From NCBI GenBank assembly GCA_011754245.1, contig JAAMXG010000001.1, positions 21,152 through 85,151 of the forward strand: a stretch of DNA of 64,000 nucleotides. Direction: 5' to 3'. Below the pieces are notes generated by a model. That model saw only the letters and a list, made by a program, of their open reading frames with translations, did not search any database and was not told where the DNA came from. This stretch comes from Buchnera aphidicola (Periphyllus aceris). Lineage in GTDB: Bacteria > Pseudomonadota > Gammaproteobacteria > Enterobacterales > Enterobacteriaceae. Each line of letters starts with the position of its first letter. Within the stretch, counting starts at the first letter, position 1. Positions 32,040 through 41,535 of the stretch are shown in pieces. The translations under genes and the position numbers were made by a program.

Positions 32040-32669
32040 TTATATATTTAATAATAAAGATTTCTCAAAATTTCTAGAAGCTTGATCCCAATTTATAATA
32101 TTAAAATAAGCATTTATATATTCTAATTTATTATTTTTATATTTTAAATAATAAGAATGCTCCCACAAATCTAAACCAATAATAGGAAAACCTGAATTTT
32201 TAACAAAATTTTTACTCATTCTTGGATTATCCTGATTTGAAGTATTTATAATAAACAATTTTTTCTTGAATAGAACTAACCAAACCCATCCTGAACCAAA
32301 ATGACTCATAGCAGATTTTATAAAACATTTTTTAAAATTATCAAAATTAAAAAAATATTTTTTAATATATTCTTTTAATTTACCTTTTAAAAAAGTATTT
32401 TTTTTTAAAATTTTCCAAAAAAAACTATGATTAATATGACCGCCTAAATTATTTCGAACATAATTTCTATTTTTCTTAGGAATTAAATCTAATTTAGATA
32501 ATAAAGAATTTTTATCATATTTTGAAAATTTTGTATTTGTTAAAAAATTGTTTAAATTATTAACATATGTTTGATGATGTTTAGTATAATGAATCTTCAT
32601 AGTTTTAGTATCAAAATAAGGTTCAAAATCGTCATAAAAAAAATTTAAATCTGGTAATTTGTGTATCAT
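32040..32669 (-). CDS. sodA: superoxide dismutase (Mn/Fe family, SodA-like)
   Basis: LPDLNFFYDDFEPYFDTKTMKIHYTKHHQTYVNNLN and DLWEHSYYLKYKN metal-ligand motifs. Confidence 0.92.
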   Translation of the reverse strand: MIHKLPDLNFFYDDFEPYFDTKTMKIHYTKHHQTYVNNLNNFLTNTKFSKYDKNSLLSKLDLIPKKNRNYVRNNLGGHINHSFFWKILKKNTFLKGKLKEYIKKYFFNFDNFKKCFIKSAMSHFGSGWVWLVLFKKKLFIINTSNQDNPRMSKNFVKNSGFPIIGLDLWEHSYYLKYKNNKLEYINAYFNIINWDQASRNFEKSLLLNI

Positions 32670-32926
32670 TTTAAAAATCCTTATAATAAAATAAATTAAT
32701 TAAATACTATAAAAAATATTGAAAATATTATGAATGTAAAACATTATTATTCTTAACATTCAATAATTAATATGTTAAATATATAACTTAAAAAAAATAA
32801 ATTTAATATTAAATTTATTTTTTATTAAAAATAATTATTTATATAAAAAAAACGATCTATAAAATTGCTTATAATTTATAAATATAAATTTATATTAAAC
32901 TAATATATTTAAATTATGGAATAGTA

Positions 32927-33565
32927 ATGCAAAAAATAACTAAAAAAAATCTTCTAAGTAAAAGATTTAGAACTTTTTATCCCGTCGTAATAGATGTGGA
33001 AACATCTGGATTTAATCCAATAACAGATGCATTATTAGAAATAGCTGTAATTACATTAACAATGAACAATTATGGATGGTTAAATATAGAAAAAAAAATT
33101 CATTTTCATATCAAACCTTTTCAAGGTGCATTAATTAAAAAAGAAGCATTATCTTTTAACAAAATTGATCCGTTTAACCCTCTTAGAGGCGCAATAAGTG
33201 AAAAACTTGCATTAAAAGAAATTTTTTCTATAATATATCATGGTATAAAAAAATATGAATGTAGTAAAGCAATAATTGTTGCTCACAATGCAAACTTTGA
33301 TCATAGTTTCATTATGTCTGCATCGGAACGATCAAAAATAAAAAAAAATCCATTTCATCCATTTGCAACATTTGATACAGCAACACTAAGTGGATTAGCA
33401 GTTGGTCAAACTGTTTTATCTAAAGCTTGTAGAGCAATTGGGTTATCATTTGATAATAATCAAGCACACTCTGCATTATATGACACCCTTCAAACAGCAA
33501 ACTTATTTTGTAAAATAATTAATCGTTGGAAAAAATTAGGAGGTTGGCCACTCAATAATATATAA
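32927..33565 (+). CDS. rnt: ribonuclease T (DEDDh 3'-5' exoribonuclease)
   Basis: [83 protein letters not shown] are almost collinear with E. coli Rnt. Confidence 0.95.
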   Translation: MQKITKKNLLSKRFRTFYPVVIDVETSGFNPITDALLEIAVITLTMNNYGWLNIEKKIHFHIKPFQGALIKKEALSFNKIDPFNPLRGAISEKLALKEIFSIIYHGIKKYECSKAIIVAHNANFDHSFIMSASERSKIKKNPFHPFATFDTATLSGLAVGQTVLSKACRAIGLSFDNNQAHSALYDTLQTANLFCKIINRWKKLGGWPLNNI

Positions 33566-33636
33566 AAATATATTATATAATATAATTTAAATTAATTTTT
33601 TTTGTTCTATTTTTTTTTTTTTTTTTTTAAATTTTA

Positions 33637-33671
33637 AGATATGATGAAATTTTAAAAAATACATCATATCT
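33637..33671. terminator. hairpin between convergent rnt and grxD
   Basis: AGATATGATG (33637-33646) / CATCATATCT (33662-33671), 15-nt loop. Preceded on + strand by T19 (33610-33628). AT-rich stem, so function is uncertain. Confidence 0.4.
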
Positions 33672-33708
33672 AATTTTAACAAAATTTTAATAATATACTA
33701 AAAACTTT

Positions 33709-34038
33709 TTATTTATTTTTACTATTTTTTAGAGCTTTTTTAATTATCTCTTTTAATTTTCCATTTTTATATAACTCAAATAAGATATCACTACCTCCTA
33801 TTAATTTTCCAGAAATCCATATTTGAGGAAAAGTAGGCCAATTAGAAAATTTTGGAAGTGCATTTCTAATATCTAAATTTGTAAGAACATCTACATGAAA
33901 AAACTTTACTTTAAAACTTGATAAAATTTGAACTGCTCTTGAAGAAAAACCACAACTAGGAAATTGAGGAGAACCCTTCATATATATAAGAATAGGGTAT
34001 TTAGAAATTTGATTTTTAATTTGAGAAATTATTTTCAT
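33709..34038 (-). CDS. grxD: monothiol glutaredoxin (Grx4/GrxD)
   Basis: MKIISQIKNQISKYPILIYMKGSPQFPSCGFS with CGFS active site. The ORF track extends to 34086, but ATG 34038 aligns with the E. coli GrxD start (METIEKIQRQIAENPILLYMKGSP). Confidence 0.92.
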   Translation of the reverse strand: MKIISQIKNQISKYPILIYMKGSPQFPSCGFSSRAVQILSSFKVKFFHVDVLTNLDIRNALPKFSNWPTFPQIWISGKLIGGSDILFELYKNGKLKEIIKKALKNSKNK

Positions 34039-34195
34039 AAAAAAATAGATACCTCTTAAAATATATATTAAAATAATAAGAATCATTATTATATAAAATA
34101 TAAAAAAGTAAAAAAATATTTGTAATCTTATAATATATAATATTATAATAGTTTATAATATAATTATAAATATAAAAAATAAAAATTATAAATAT

Positions 34196-34585
34196 GGGGC
34201 TGATTTAGGATTTGACAAATAATTCTAATACTAATGTGCATGACGAGGGTTGGTTTGCCTCGTAAAAAAACCAAAAATTAAAAATATCTGCAAAAAATAA
34301 ACAGGAATATGCTTTAGCAGCTTAAAAAACTGTCTTAAAGCCCATTTATAAATCTATTTGATTTGTTTCTTTCAAAATTAGATTATTTGAAAATACATAA
34401 ATGGTTTAAAAAAAATAAGAAACAAAATTAAAATATTGTTTTTATATTTCAATTTCTTAAAAAAAAAACTACGTTTCTTTAAATTGTCTTTAATAAAAAA
34501 GAAAAAGAGAATAATAGAAGACTAATCATGTAGTACATTGGTATAAAAAAATATTTGGACGCGGGTTCGAATCCCGCCAGCTCCA
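34196..34585 (+). ncRNA. ssrA: tmRNA (SsrA); tag reading frame 34290-34325 encodes AKNKQEYALAA-stop
   Basis: The 5' end GGGGCTGATTTAGGATTTGAC and 3' end GGACGCGGGTTCGAATCCCGCCAGCTCCA form the tRNA-Ala-like acceptor and T-arm. Resume codon GCA followed by ...TATGCTTTAGCAGCTTAA (YALAA*). The 3' CCA is not encoded (CTCCA is followed by AATTT). Confidence 0.95.
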
Positions 34586-34883
34586 AATTTAAAATTCAAA
34601 AAATTTTATAAAAAAAATAAAAAATATTTCTACAATATATTTTAAAAATAAAAAAATATTTTTTGGTAGAACAAATAAAATTTTTAAAAAAATATTTTAT
34701 ATATTGTTTAATTTAAACAAATTATTATATAATTTAAAGAAAATATATAAAATATAAAAATTTTAAATAAATTTAATTTAATTAAATATTTTTATTTAAA
34801 ATTATAAAAAATATGACATATAATAAATTTATAAATAAATATTTATTTCAATCCAAACTAATTAAAATAATACGGTGAAATTT

Positions 34884-35432
34884 ATGAATTCTAAAGAAGA
34901 TAAAAAAATTAAAAAAGAACAAGAAATCAATATAAAAGAAAATAAAATAGATAAAAAGAAAAGAATAGAAAAAATGTTAAAAACAATATATAAATTAAAA
35001 GATAAAATACTAAAAAATAAAAAACAAATTAAAGAACTACCATTAATATTTTTAGCAAAAGAAGATAATATAAAAAAGAAAACAAGAGAAGAATGTAGAA
35101 AAATTAAAAAAAAAAAAAGACACGACTTTTTTAAAAAAATTTTTTTAATTATAGATGATCTTGAAAAAATTATTGTTTTAATTTCTAATATAAATAATAA
35201 AGATGATCCAAAATTAAGAGGAATCTCTTTAATTAAAAAATCTTTATTAGATTTAATAAAAAAAAATAATATTAGAATAGAAGGTAAAATAGATGAAATT
35301 TATAATCATGAAAAACATAAATTAAATATCAATAAAGAAAACGCTCATAAATATTTAAAAATTAAAAAAGTTTTAAAAAATGGATATTCTATAGATAAAA
35401 AATTATTAAGAAAAGCATTAGTAGATGTTTAA
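34884..35432 (+). CDS. grpE: nucleotide exchange factor GrpE (divergent, lysine-rich)
   Basis: Coiled N-terminal half, FLIIDDLEKII (GrpE LLPVxDxLE-like) and C-terminal beta domain VLKNGYSIDKKLLRKALVDV. ATG 34884 is preceded by GGTGA; an in-frame GTG at 34875 is an alternative. Confidence 0.8.
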   Translation: MNSKEDKKIKKEQEINIKENKIDKKKRIEKMLKTIYKLKDKILKNKKQIKELPLIFLAKEDNIKKKTREECRKIKKKKRHDFFKKIFLIIDDLEKIIVLISNINNKDDPKLRGISLIKKSLLDLIKKNNIRIEGKIDEIYNHEKHKLNINKENAHKYLKIKKVLKNGYSIDKKLLRKALVDV

Positions 35433-35477
35433 GAAATAAAAGAAATTTTTTAATAAAAAATAAAAAAATAAAATATT

Positions 35478-36155
35478 TTAATCAATACTCCAATCAATAA
35501 TTTTTTGTTTATGTAATTCTAATAATCTATTTACTTCAGAAAAATGTTTACAACCAAAAAATCCTTTATATACTGAAAAAGGAGATGGATGAGATGTACA
35601 TAAAACATAATTTTTTTTTATATCAATAAGACTTCTTTTCTTTTGAGCATAAGATCCCCACAACAAAAATATTACTCCAGAATGATAAAAATTAATTAAT
35701 GAAATAACATAATCCGTAATCTCTTCCCATCCAAATTTAACATGTGACCTAGGACGATTTAAAGATACAGTTAAAATAGAATTTAATAAAAAAACACCTT
35801 GAGAAGACCATTTTTCTAAACATCCTGATTTAAATTTTATTTTATCATTAATATCTGTTTTAATTTCTTTAAAAATATTTTTTAATGAAGGAGGGAAAAC
35901 AGTTCCAGATTTTACAGAAAACGCTAATCCATGAGCTTGTTTCTTCTTAAAATATGGATCTTGACCTAATATTACTACTTTAATATTATTAAATTTAGTT
36001 AAATTAAACGCTTTAAAAACATCTTTTTTTTTTGGAAAAATTTTTTCAAAAGATCTTAAATTATTAATTTTTCGTACTATTTTTATAATTTTTGTTTTTT
36101 TTTCTTTTAATAAATCTTTCCAATCATACATATATATTTTATTTAAAATTATCAT
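35478..36155 (-). CDS. ung: uracil-DNA glycosylase
   Basis: VVILGQDPYFKKKQAHGLAFSV, PPSLKNIF, GVFLLNSILTV, HPSPFS motifs of family-1 UDG. The start could also be the internal ATG at 36131 (MYDWKDLL). Confidence 0.92.
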   Translation of the reverse strand: MIILNKIYMYDWKDLLKEKKTKIIKIVRKINNLRSFEKIFPKKKDVFKAFNLTKFNNIKVVILGQDPYFKKKQAHGLAFSVKSGTVFPPSLKNIFKEIKTDINDKIKFKSGCLEKWSSQGVFLLNSILTVSLNRPRSHVKFGWEEITDYVISLINFYHSGVIFLLWGSYAQKKRSLIDIKKNYVLCTSHPSPFSVYKGFFGCKHFSEVNRLLELHKQKIIDWSID

Positions 36156-36359
36156 ATTTTTTTTAATTTATTTATAACAAATTTATAGAAGATACGTAAT
36201 CAAATAAAAAAATTTTAATATCACGTAATAGAGTAATATATTATAAATAATATTTTTTTATATTAAAATATTTTAATTAAAAAAAATAACATAATAAAAA
36301 AAAAATATAAAAAATTTATATATTTTTTTAATAAAAAAATTTTTTAAAAAGGTATTTAT

Positions 36360-36956
36360 ATGTCACTAGTAACTCAAAAAGCTCCAAATTTTATTGCATC
36401 TGCAATATTAAAAAACAAAAAAATAATAGAAAATTTTAATTTCAAAAAATATATAAAAAATAAAAAAGCTGTTTTATTTTTTTGGCCAATGGATTTTACT
36501 TTTGTATGTCCATCAGAAATTATAAAATTTAATGAATTATATGAAGAATTTAAAAAAAGAAAAGTAAAATTAATTGGTGTTTCTCTAGATTCAGTTTATG
36601 TACATTTAGCATGGCAAAAAACTAAATATAAAAATGGAGGAATAGGCCCGATAAATTATGTTATGGTGTCGGATCTAAAAAGAAAAATACAAAAATCTTA
36701 TAAAATTGAACATCCAAAATTAGGAGTATCATTAAGAGCATCTTTTTTAATTGATGAAAATAGAATAATAAGACATGAAGTAGTAAACGATCTTCCATAT
36801 GGAAGAAATATTCAAGAAATGTTAAGAATGATAGATTCTATTATATTTCATGAAAAATTTGGAGAAGTATGTCCAGCTAATTGGACAACGAAAAAAAAAG
36901 GAATAAAACCAACTCCTCAAGGAATATCAAAATATTTATCTAAAAAATATAAATAA
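36360..36956 (+). CDS. ahpC: typical 2-Cys peroxiredoxin (AhpC/Tsa family)
   Basis: 198 aa. Peroxidatic Cys in FTFVCPSE, resolving Cys in GEVCPANW, SVYVHLAW. Confidence 0.9.
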   Translation: MSLVTQKAPNFIASAILKNKKIIENFNFKKYIKNKKAVLFFWPMDFTFVCPSEIIKFNELYEEFKKRKVKLIGVSLDSVYVHLAWQKTKYKNGGIGPINYVMVSDLKRKIQKSYKIEHPKLGVSLRASFLIDENRIIRHEVVNDLPYGRNIQEMLRMIDSIIFHEKFGEVCPANWTTKKKGIKPTPQGISKYLSKKYK

Positions 36957-36964
36957 AAAAAAAC

Positions 36965-37015
36965 TATTCGATTAATCTGATTTTAAAAGTAAATAAAATC
37001 CAGATTAATCGAATA
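36965..37015. terminator. strong bidirectional hairpin between convergent ahpC and the DUF2076-like gene
   Basis: Perfect 15-bp stem TATTCGATTAATCTG (36965-36979) / CAGATTAATCGAATA (37001-37015), extendable by 5 more bp with one bulge. Starts 9 nt after the ahpC stop. Flanked by A/T runs on both sides. Confidence 0.7.
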
Positions 37016-37116
37016 AAAAATTTTTAATATATGTTTTAACAACGTAATATAATTTTTAAAAATGTTGAAAATAAAAAAAATTAAAAAAATTTTTTTTATT
37101 CTAGAAAATATTTTCT

Positions 37117-37911
37117 TTAATAATTATTATCTTCATTATCATCATCTAAATTATCATCAACAAAATCTTCATTTTCAAGATTATAAATATCTTCTGAAAT
37201 ATTTTTATCTTGACTATCATCTTCAATAGGTATTGAATCATTTTTAAAAGAATTATCAATTGAAGTATTATCAAAGTTATCTAAATCATTTTGATTTTGA
37301 AGAGATGATTTTTTTAAAGAGTTCTCTGAAAAATCTAAATTGTTAAGATCTTGAGAATCTTCTATAAAAAAATTGTTCTCTGTATTATTAAATATGTCTT
37401 CACCATTATTTTTATGAAATAAATTCATTAACATATTTCCAGCAATCATTCCTCCAGCAACTCCAGCTGCTGTTTGTAAAGCATTTCCAAGAAAGCTTCC
37501 AGGAGTTCCCCCTAAAGATGAATTAAAATTTTCATTAAAGGATTTATTTGAAGGTAAACTATTATTAGTTGAATAAAAATTTTTTCTTAAATTAGAATTG
37601 TTATTTAATTTATTATTTTTATTTGATGGAATATATTTTTCTAACAATCCAGATAAAAAACTTTTTTTATATGAATTATTTGAAATTTCTTTTTCTTTAT
37701 CTTTTAATTTTTTTATTATGTTGTTTAAATTTTTTATAGCTATTTCTTGCACTAAAACAGTTTGAATAATGTAATAAATAGCATTAGGTTGTTTTTTTAA
37801 ACAATCTTGTATAAAATTTTCAGCTTTCTTATCTCTCTCAGAAGAAGATTTTTCAGCTTTTTTCAATCTAGTAAATAAATCTAATATTAAATCTTTCTCT
37901 TTATTATTCAT
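37117..37911 (-). CDS. conserved protein of unknown function, DUF2076 (COG3416)-like, with acidic Asp/Asn-rich tail
   Basis: N-terminus LILDLFTRLKKAEKSSSERDKKAENFIQDCLKKQPNAIYYIIQTVLVQEIAIKNL and Gly-rich segment GSFLGNALQTAAGVAGGMIAGNMLMNLF fit my recollection of the DUF2076 family pattern. AGGA Shine-Dalgarno upstream. Confidence 0.7.
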   Translation of the reverse strand: MNNKEKDLILDLFTRLKKAEKSSSERDKKAENFIQDCLKKQPNAIYYIIQTVLVQEIAIKNLNNIIKKLKDKEKEISNNSYKKSFLSGLLEKYIPSNKNNKLNNNSNLRKNFYSTNNSLPSNKSFNENFNSSLGGTPGSFLGNALQTAAGVAGGMIAGNMLMNLFHKNNGEDIFNNTENNFFIEDSQDLNNLDFSENSLKKSSLQNQNDLDNFDNTSIDNSFKNDSIPIEDDSQDKNISEDIYNLENEDFVDDNLDDDNEDNNY

Positions 37912-38089
37912 AATTTCCTGTAAATAATGAAAGTTATATTAAAAACTATAAATTATAAATTTTTAAACTTCTATAAAAACTCAAAATAAATGAAAATAAA
38001 AAATTAACTATATTTTAAAATAAATTGTAACAATAGTAAAATTCTATTTAAAAAAAAATTTACTAAGATAAAATTATCCTTAGTCAAGA

Positions 38090-38118
38090 TTCACCGAATC
38101 ATCTCAATATGTTATAAT
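38090..38118 (+). promoter_or_regulatory. candidate sigma-70 promoter of gyrA with extended -10
   Basis: TTCACC (38090-38095), 17-bp spacer, TGTTATAAT (38110-38118; TGnTATAAT extended -10), about 50 nt upstream of the gyrA ATG. It sits in the only G/C-containing island of the spacer. TATAAT-like strings are common by chance in this composition. Confidence 0.4.
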
Positions 38119-38166
38119 TATACTAAATTTTTAGATAAAAAAAAATTCTATAAGAGAAGTTATTAA

Positions 38167-40659
38167 ATGAATAAATTTGCAAAAAAAATAATAAAGGTAA
38201 AAATTGAAAAAGAACTAAAAAATTCTTATTTAGACTATGCTATGTCAGTAATTATTGGAAGAGCACTTCCAGATGTAAGAGACGGATTAAAACCTGTCCA
38301 TAGAAGAATACTATTTGCAATGTATATTCTCAATAACAAATGGAATAAACCATATAAAAAATCTGCTAGAATTGTAGGAGACGTAATAGGAAAATATCAC
38401 CCACATGGAGATACAGCAGTATACGATTCTATTGTAAGAATGGCTCAAATTTTCTCATTAAGATATATGCTAATTGATGGACAAGGAAATTTTGGATCAA
38501 TAGATGGAGATTCTCCAGCAGCTATGAGATATACTGAAATCAGAATGTCAAAAATAGCCCATACGTTGTTAAATGATTTAGATAAAAAAACAGTTAAATT
38601 TATAAAAAATTATGATGGATCTGAAAAAATACCAGAAATTCTACCTGCAGAAATACCAAATCTTTTAATAAATGGATCATCTGGAATTGCTGTAGGAATG
38701 GCAACAAATATTCCTCCTCATAATTTAAACGAAACAATTAATGCATGTTTAAAATATTTAAATAATCCAAAAATTAGTTTAAATAATTTAATGAAATATC
38801 TTCCAGGACCAGATTTTCCAACATATGGAATCATAAACGGTAAATCAGGTATCAAAACAGCATATAAAACTGGAAAAGGAAAAATTTATATTAGAGCTAG
38901 AATAAAAATTGAAAATAATATAAAAACAAAAAAAAAATCTATTATTATATATCAATTACCGTATCAAACAAATAAATCAAAATTAATACAAAAAATTGCA
39001 AATTTAGTAAAAGAAAAAAAAATAGAAGGAATTTCAGCACTTAGAGATGAAAGCGATAAAGATGGAATGAGAATTGTAATTGAAATAAAAAAAGAATTCT
39101 TATCTGAAATTATACTTAATAAATTATATTCATTAACATCATTACAAATTTCTTTTGGAATAAATATGGTAGCATTGTATCAAGGTCAACCAAAATTAAT
39201 GAATCTTAAAGGTATTATACAATCTTTTATTATTCATAGAAAAGAAATTGTAACTAAAAGATGTCTTTTTAATTATAAAAAATATAAAAAAAAAATGATT
39301 TTATTAGAAGGATTAACAGTAGCTTTAGAAAACATTGATCAAATAATATTATGTATAAAATCTTCTAACAAAACAAAAGAAGCAAAAAAATCTTTATTAT
39401 CTAAAAAATGGAAAATAAATAGTTCAATAGAAAAAATAATTAATAAAAAAAAATTGAATAAAAAATACAATTTTTCTAAAGAACAAGTAGAAAATATACT
39501 AAATACTAAATTAAGTAAATTAACAAATTTAGAATATGAAAAAATTATTTATCAATATAAAAAATTTAAAAAAGAAATATTTTCTTTAAAAGAAATTTTA
39601 AATAATGAAAAAAAAATGATTAAAGTAATAGAAAAAGAACTAAAATTAATAAAAAAAAAATTTGGAGATTTAAGAAAAACAGAAATTACAGATAAAAAAT
39701 CAAATATTGCTATTAAAGACATGATTACATCAGAAGATGTTGTTGTAACTTTATCTCATTCCGGATATGTAAAATATCAACCAATAACAGAATATAAAGC
39801 ACAAAAAAGAGGAGGAAAAGGAAAATATGCAGCTAAAGTTAAATCAGAAGATTACATAGAAAACTTATTAATAGCTAACACTCATGATACTATATTATGT
39901 TTTTCTAGCAAAGGAATTATATACTGGATGAAAGTATATCAACTACCAGAAGCAAGTCGTCATTCCAGAGGAAAACCAATAATAAATTTATTACCATTAA
40001 ATAAAAAAGAAAGAATTACTGCAATTTTACCATTAAGTCAATATCTAGAAAAAAAAAATATATTTATGGCTACAGCTCTAGGAATAGTTAAAAAAACATC
40101 CTTAAAAAAATTTCAAAATCCAAGAAATAAAGGAATTATAGCTTTAAATTTAAAAAAAAATGATGAATTAATAGGTGTATCATTAACAAATGGAAAAAAT
40201 AATATAATGTTATTTACATCAAAAGGAAAAGTAGTGCAATTTTCAGAAAATCATGTTAGATCAATGGGAAGAACAGCGACTGGTGTAAAAGGAATAAAAA
40301 TAGAAAAAAACGATAAAGTAGTTTCTTTAATTATTCCAAAAAAAAATGGAGAAATACTAGTTATTACAAAAAAAGGATACGGAAAAAGAACAAATATTAA
40401 AGAATTTCCTATAAAATCAAGAGCTACAAAAGGAGTTATCTCAATAAAAATTACTAAAAAAAATAAATCTGTAGTAAAAGCTATTCAAGTAAATGAAAAA
40501 AATCAAATAATTATCATTACAAATTCTGGAAAATTAGTAAGAACTAGAGTATCCGAAATTAACGTTTTAAAAAGAAATACACAAGGCGTTATTTTGATAA
40601 GAATGTTTAAAAAAGAAAAAGTCGTTGGATTACAAAAAATTCAAGAAGAACTAATATAA
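38167..40659 (+). CDS. gyrA: DNA gyrase subunit A
   Basis: 830 aa. [62 protein letters not shown] (QRDR), active-site context [11 protein letters not shown]-terminal beta-pinwheel repeats. Confidence 0.97.
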   Translation: MNKFAKKIIKVKIEKELKNSYLDYAMSVIIGRALPDVRDGLKPVHRRILFAMYILNNKWNKPYKKSARIVGDVIGKYHPHGDTAVYDSIVRMAQIFSLRYMLIDGQGNFGSIDGDSPAAMRYTEIRMSKIAHTLLNDLDKKTVKFIKNYDGSEKIPEILPAEIPNLLINGSSGIAVGMATNIPPHNLNETINACLKYLNNPKISLNNLMKYLPGPDFPTYGIINGKSGIKTAYKTGKGKIYIRARIKIENNIKTKKKSIIIYQLPYQTNKSKLIQKIANLVKEKKIEGISALRDESDKDGMRIVIEIKKEFLSEIILNKLYSLTSLQISFGINMVALYQGQPKLMNLKGIIQSFIIHRKEIVTKRCLFNYKKYKKKMILLEGLTVALENIDQIILCIKSSNKTKEAKKSLLSKKWKINSSIEKIINKKKLNKKYNFSKEQVENILNTKLSKLTNLEYEKIIYQYKKFKKEIFSLKEILNNEKKMIKVIEKELKLIKKKFGDLRKTEITDKKSNIAIKDMITSEDVVVTLSHSGYVKYQPITEYKAQKRGGKGKYAAKVKSEDYIENLLIANTHDTILCFSSKGIIYWMKVYQLPEASRHSRGKPIINLLPLNKKERITAILPLSQYLEKKNIFMATALGIVKKTSLKKFQNPRNKGIIALNLKKNDELIGVSLTNGKNNIMLFTSKGKVVQFSENHVRSMGRTATGVKGIKIEKNDKVVSLIIPKKNGEILVITKKGYGKRTNIKEFPIKSRATKGVISIKITKKNKSVVKAIQVNEKNQIIIITNSGKLVRTRVSEINVLKRNTQGVILIRMFKKEKVVGLQKIQEELI

Positions 40660-41535
40660 TAAATTACTTTAAAAATTTTAAAAAAATAAGAAATAAATCT
40701 TACAAATACAGAAAAAATTTTCTAAAATTATAAGAAATTAAAAAAAATATTTTTTTATAGTAATTTAAAATACAAAAATTCATGAAATTAAATATAAAAA
40801 AAAAGTAAAAATATATATTTTAAAAAATTTCTTAAATAAATAATTAAGAAAATTAAATAAAAAATAGTCTTTTCAAAACATATTAATTATATAGATTATA
40901 AAAAATATAAAAAATTTTCATAAAATAATTTATTCATATTATTCATAATCCAAATATTTTATATAAAAAAATCTTTAAAAATATTATAATAAATTAATAA
41001 AATTAAAATATTATTAGAATTTACTTATAAAATTTGTTAATTTTATTAAAAAAAATAATTTTAAATAAATTTAACAAATACATTTATATTAAATTAATTT
41101 TTATCCTTTATAATTAATTAAATTATATGTTATTTTTTTAAAAAAATTTCAATTGAATAAAATAGAAATAATAAAAAAAATTAAAAACTTATTAAATTAT
41201 TTGAAAAAAAATAAAGATATTCCTTTAAAGAGATCTTACAAAAAATTATAAATATTTTTAATTTTTTAAAAAAAAAAAAAAAAAAAAATATAAAAATATA
41301 TATAAATAAAAAATATTAATTACTCAATATTTTATAAAAAATAATATTAAATCAAATACAAATGCAAAGAAGACTGTTGTAGAATATTCCAAATTAATCT
41401 TTTAAAGGAAAAAATTATATTTTAAAAATATATTTTAGCTTCTTTGCAAAAGAATGAAATTATTTTCTGTAAGAACCAATTAATCCGTAATATTACTACA
41501 AAATATTTAAGAAATTTATTTTAAAAAAAAAAAAA

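Noticed and set aside
32731-32762. 7-bp inverted repeat TGAATGT...ACATTCA and Fur-box-like AT-rich palindrome upstream of sodA
   Set aside because: The match to the Fur consensus is weak, such palindromes are expected by chance in this composition, and reduced symbionts of this type generally lack fur. There is no support from sequence alone.
36194-36229. Two copies of ACGTAAT 29 bp apart in the ung/ahpC divergent spacer
   Set aside because: They are only 7-mers. They stand out merely because they hold the only CG dinucleotides in the spacer, which is insufficient to call a binding site.
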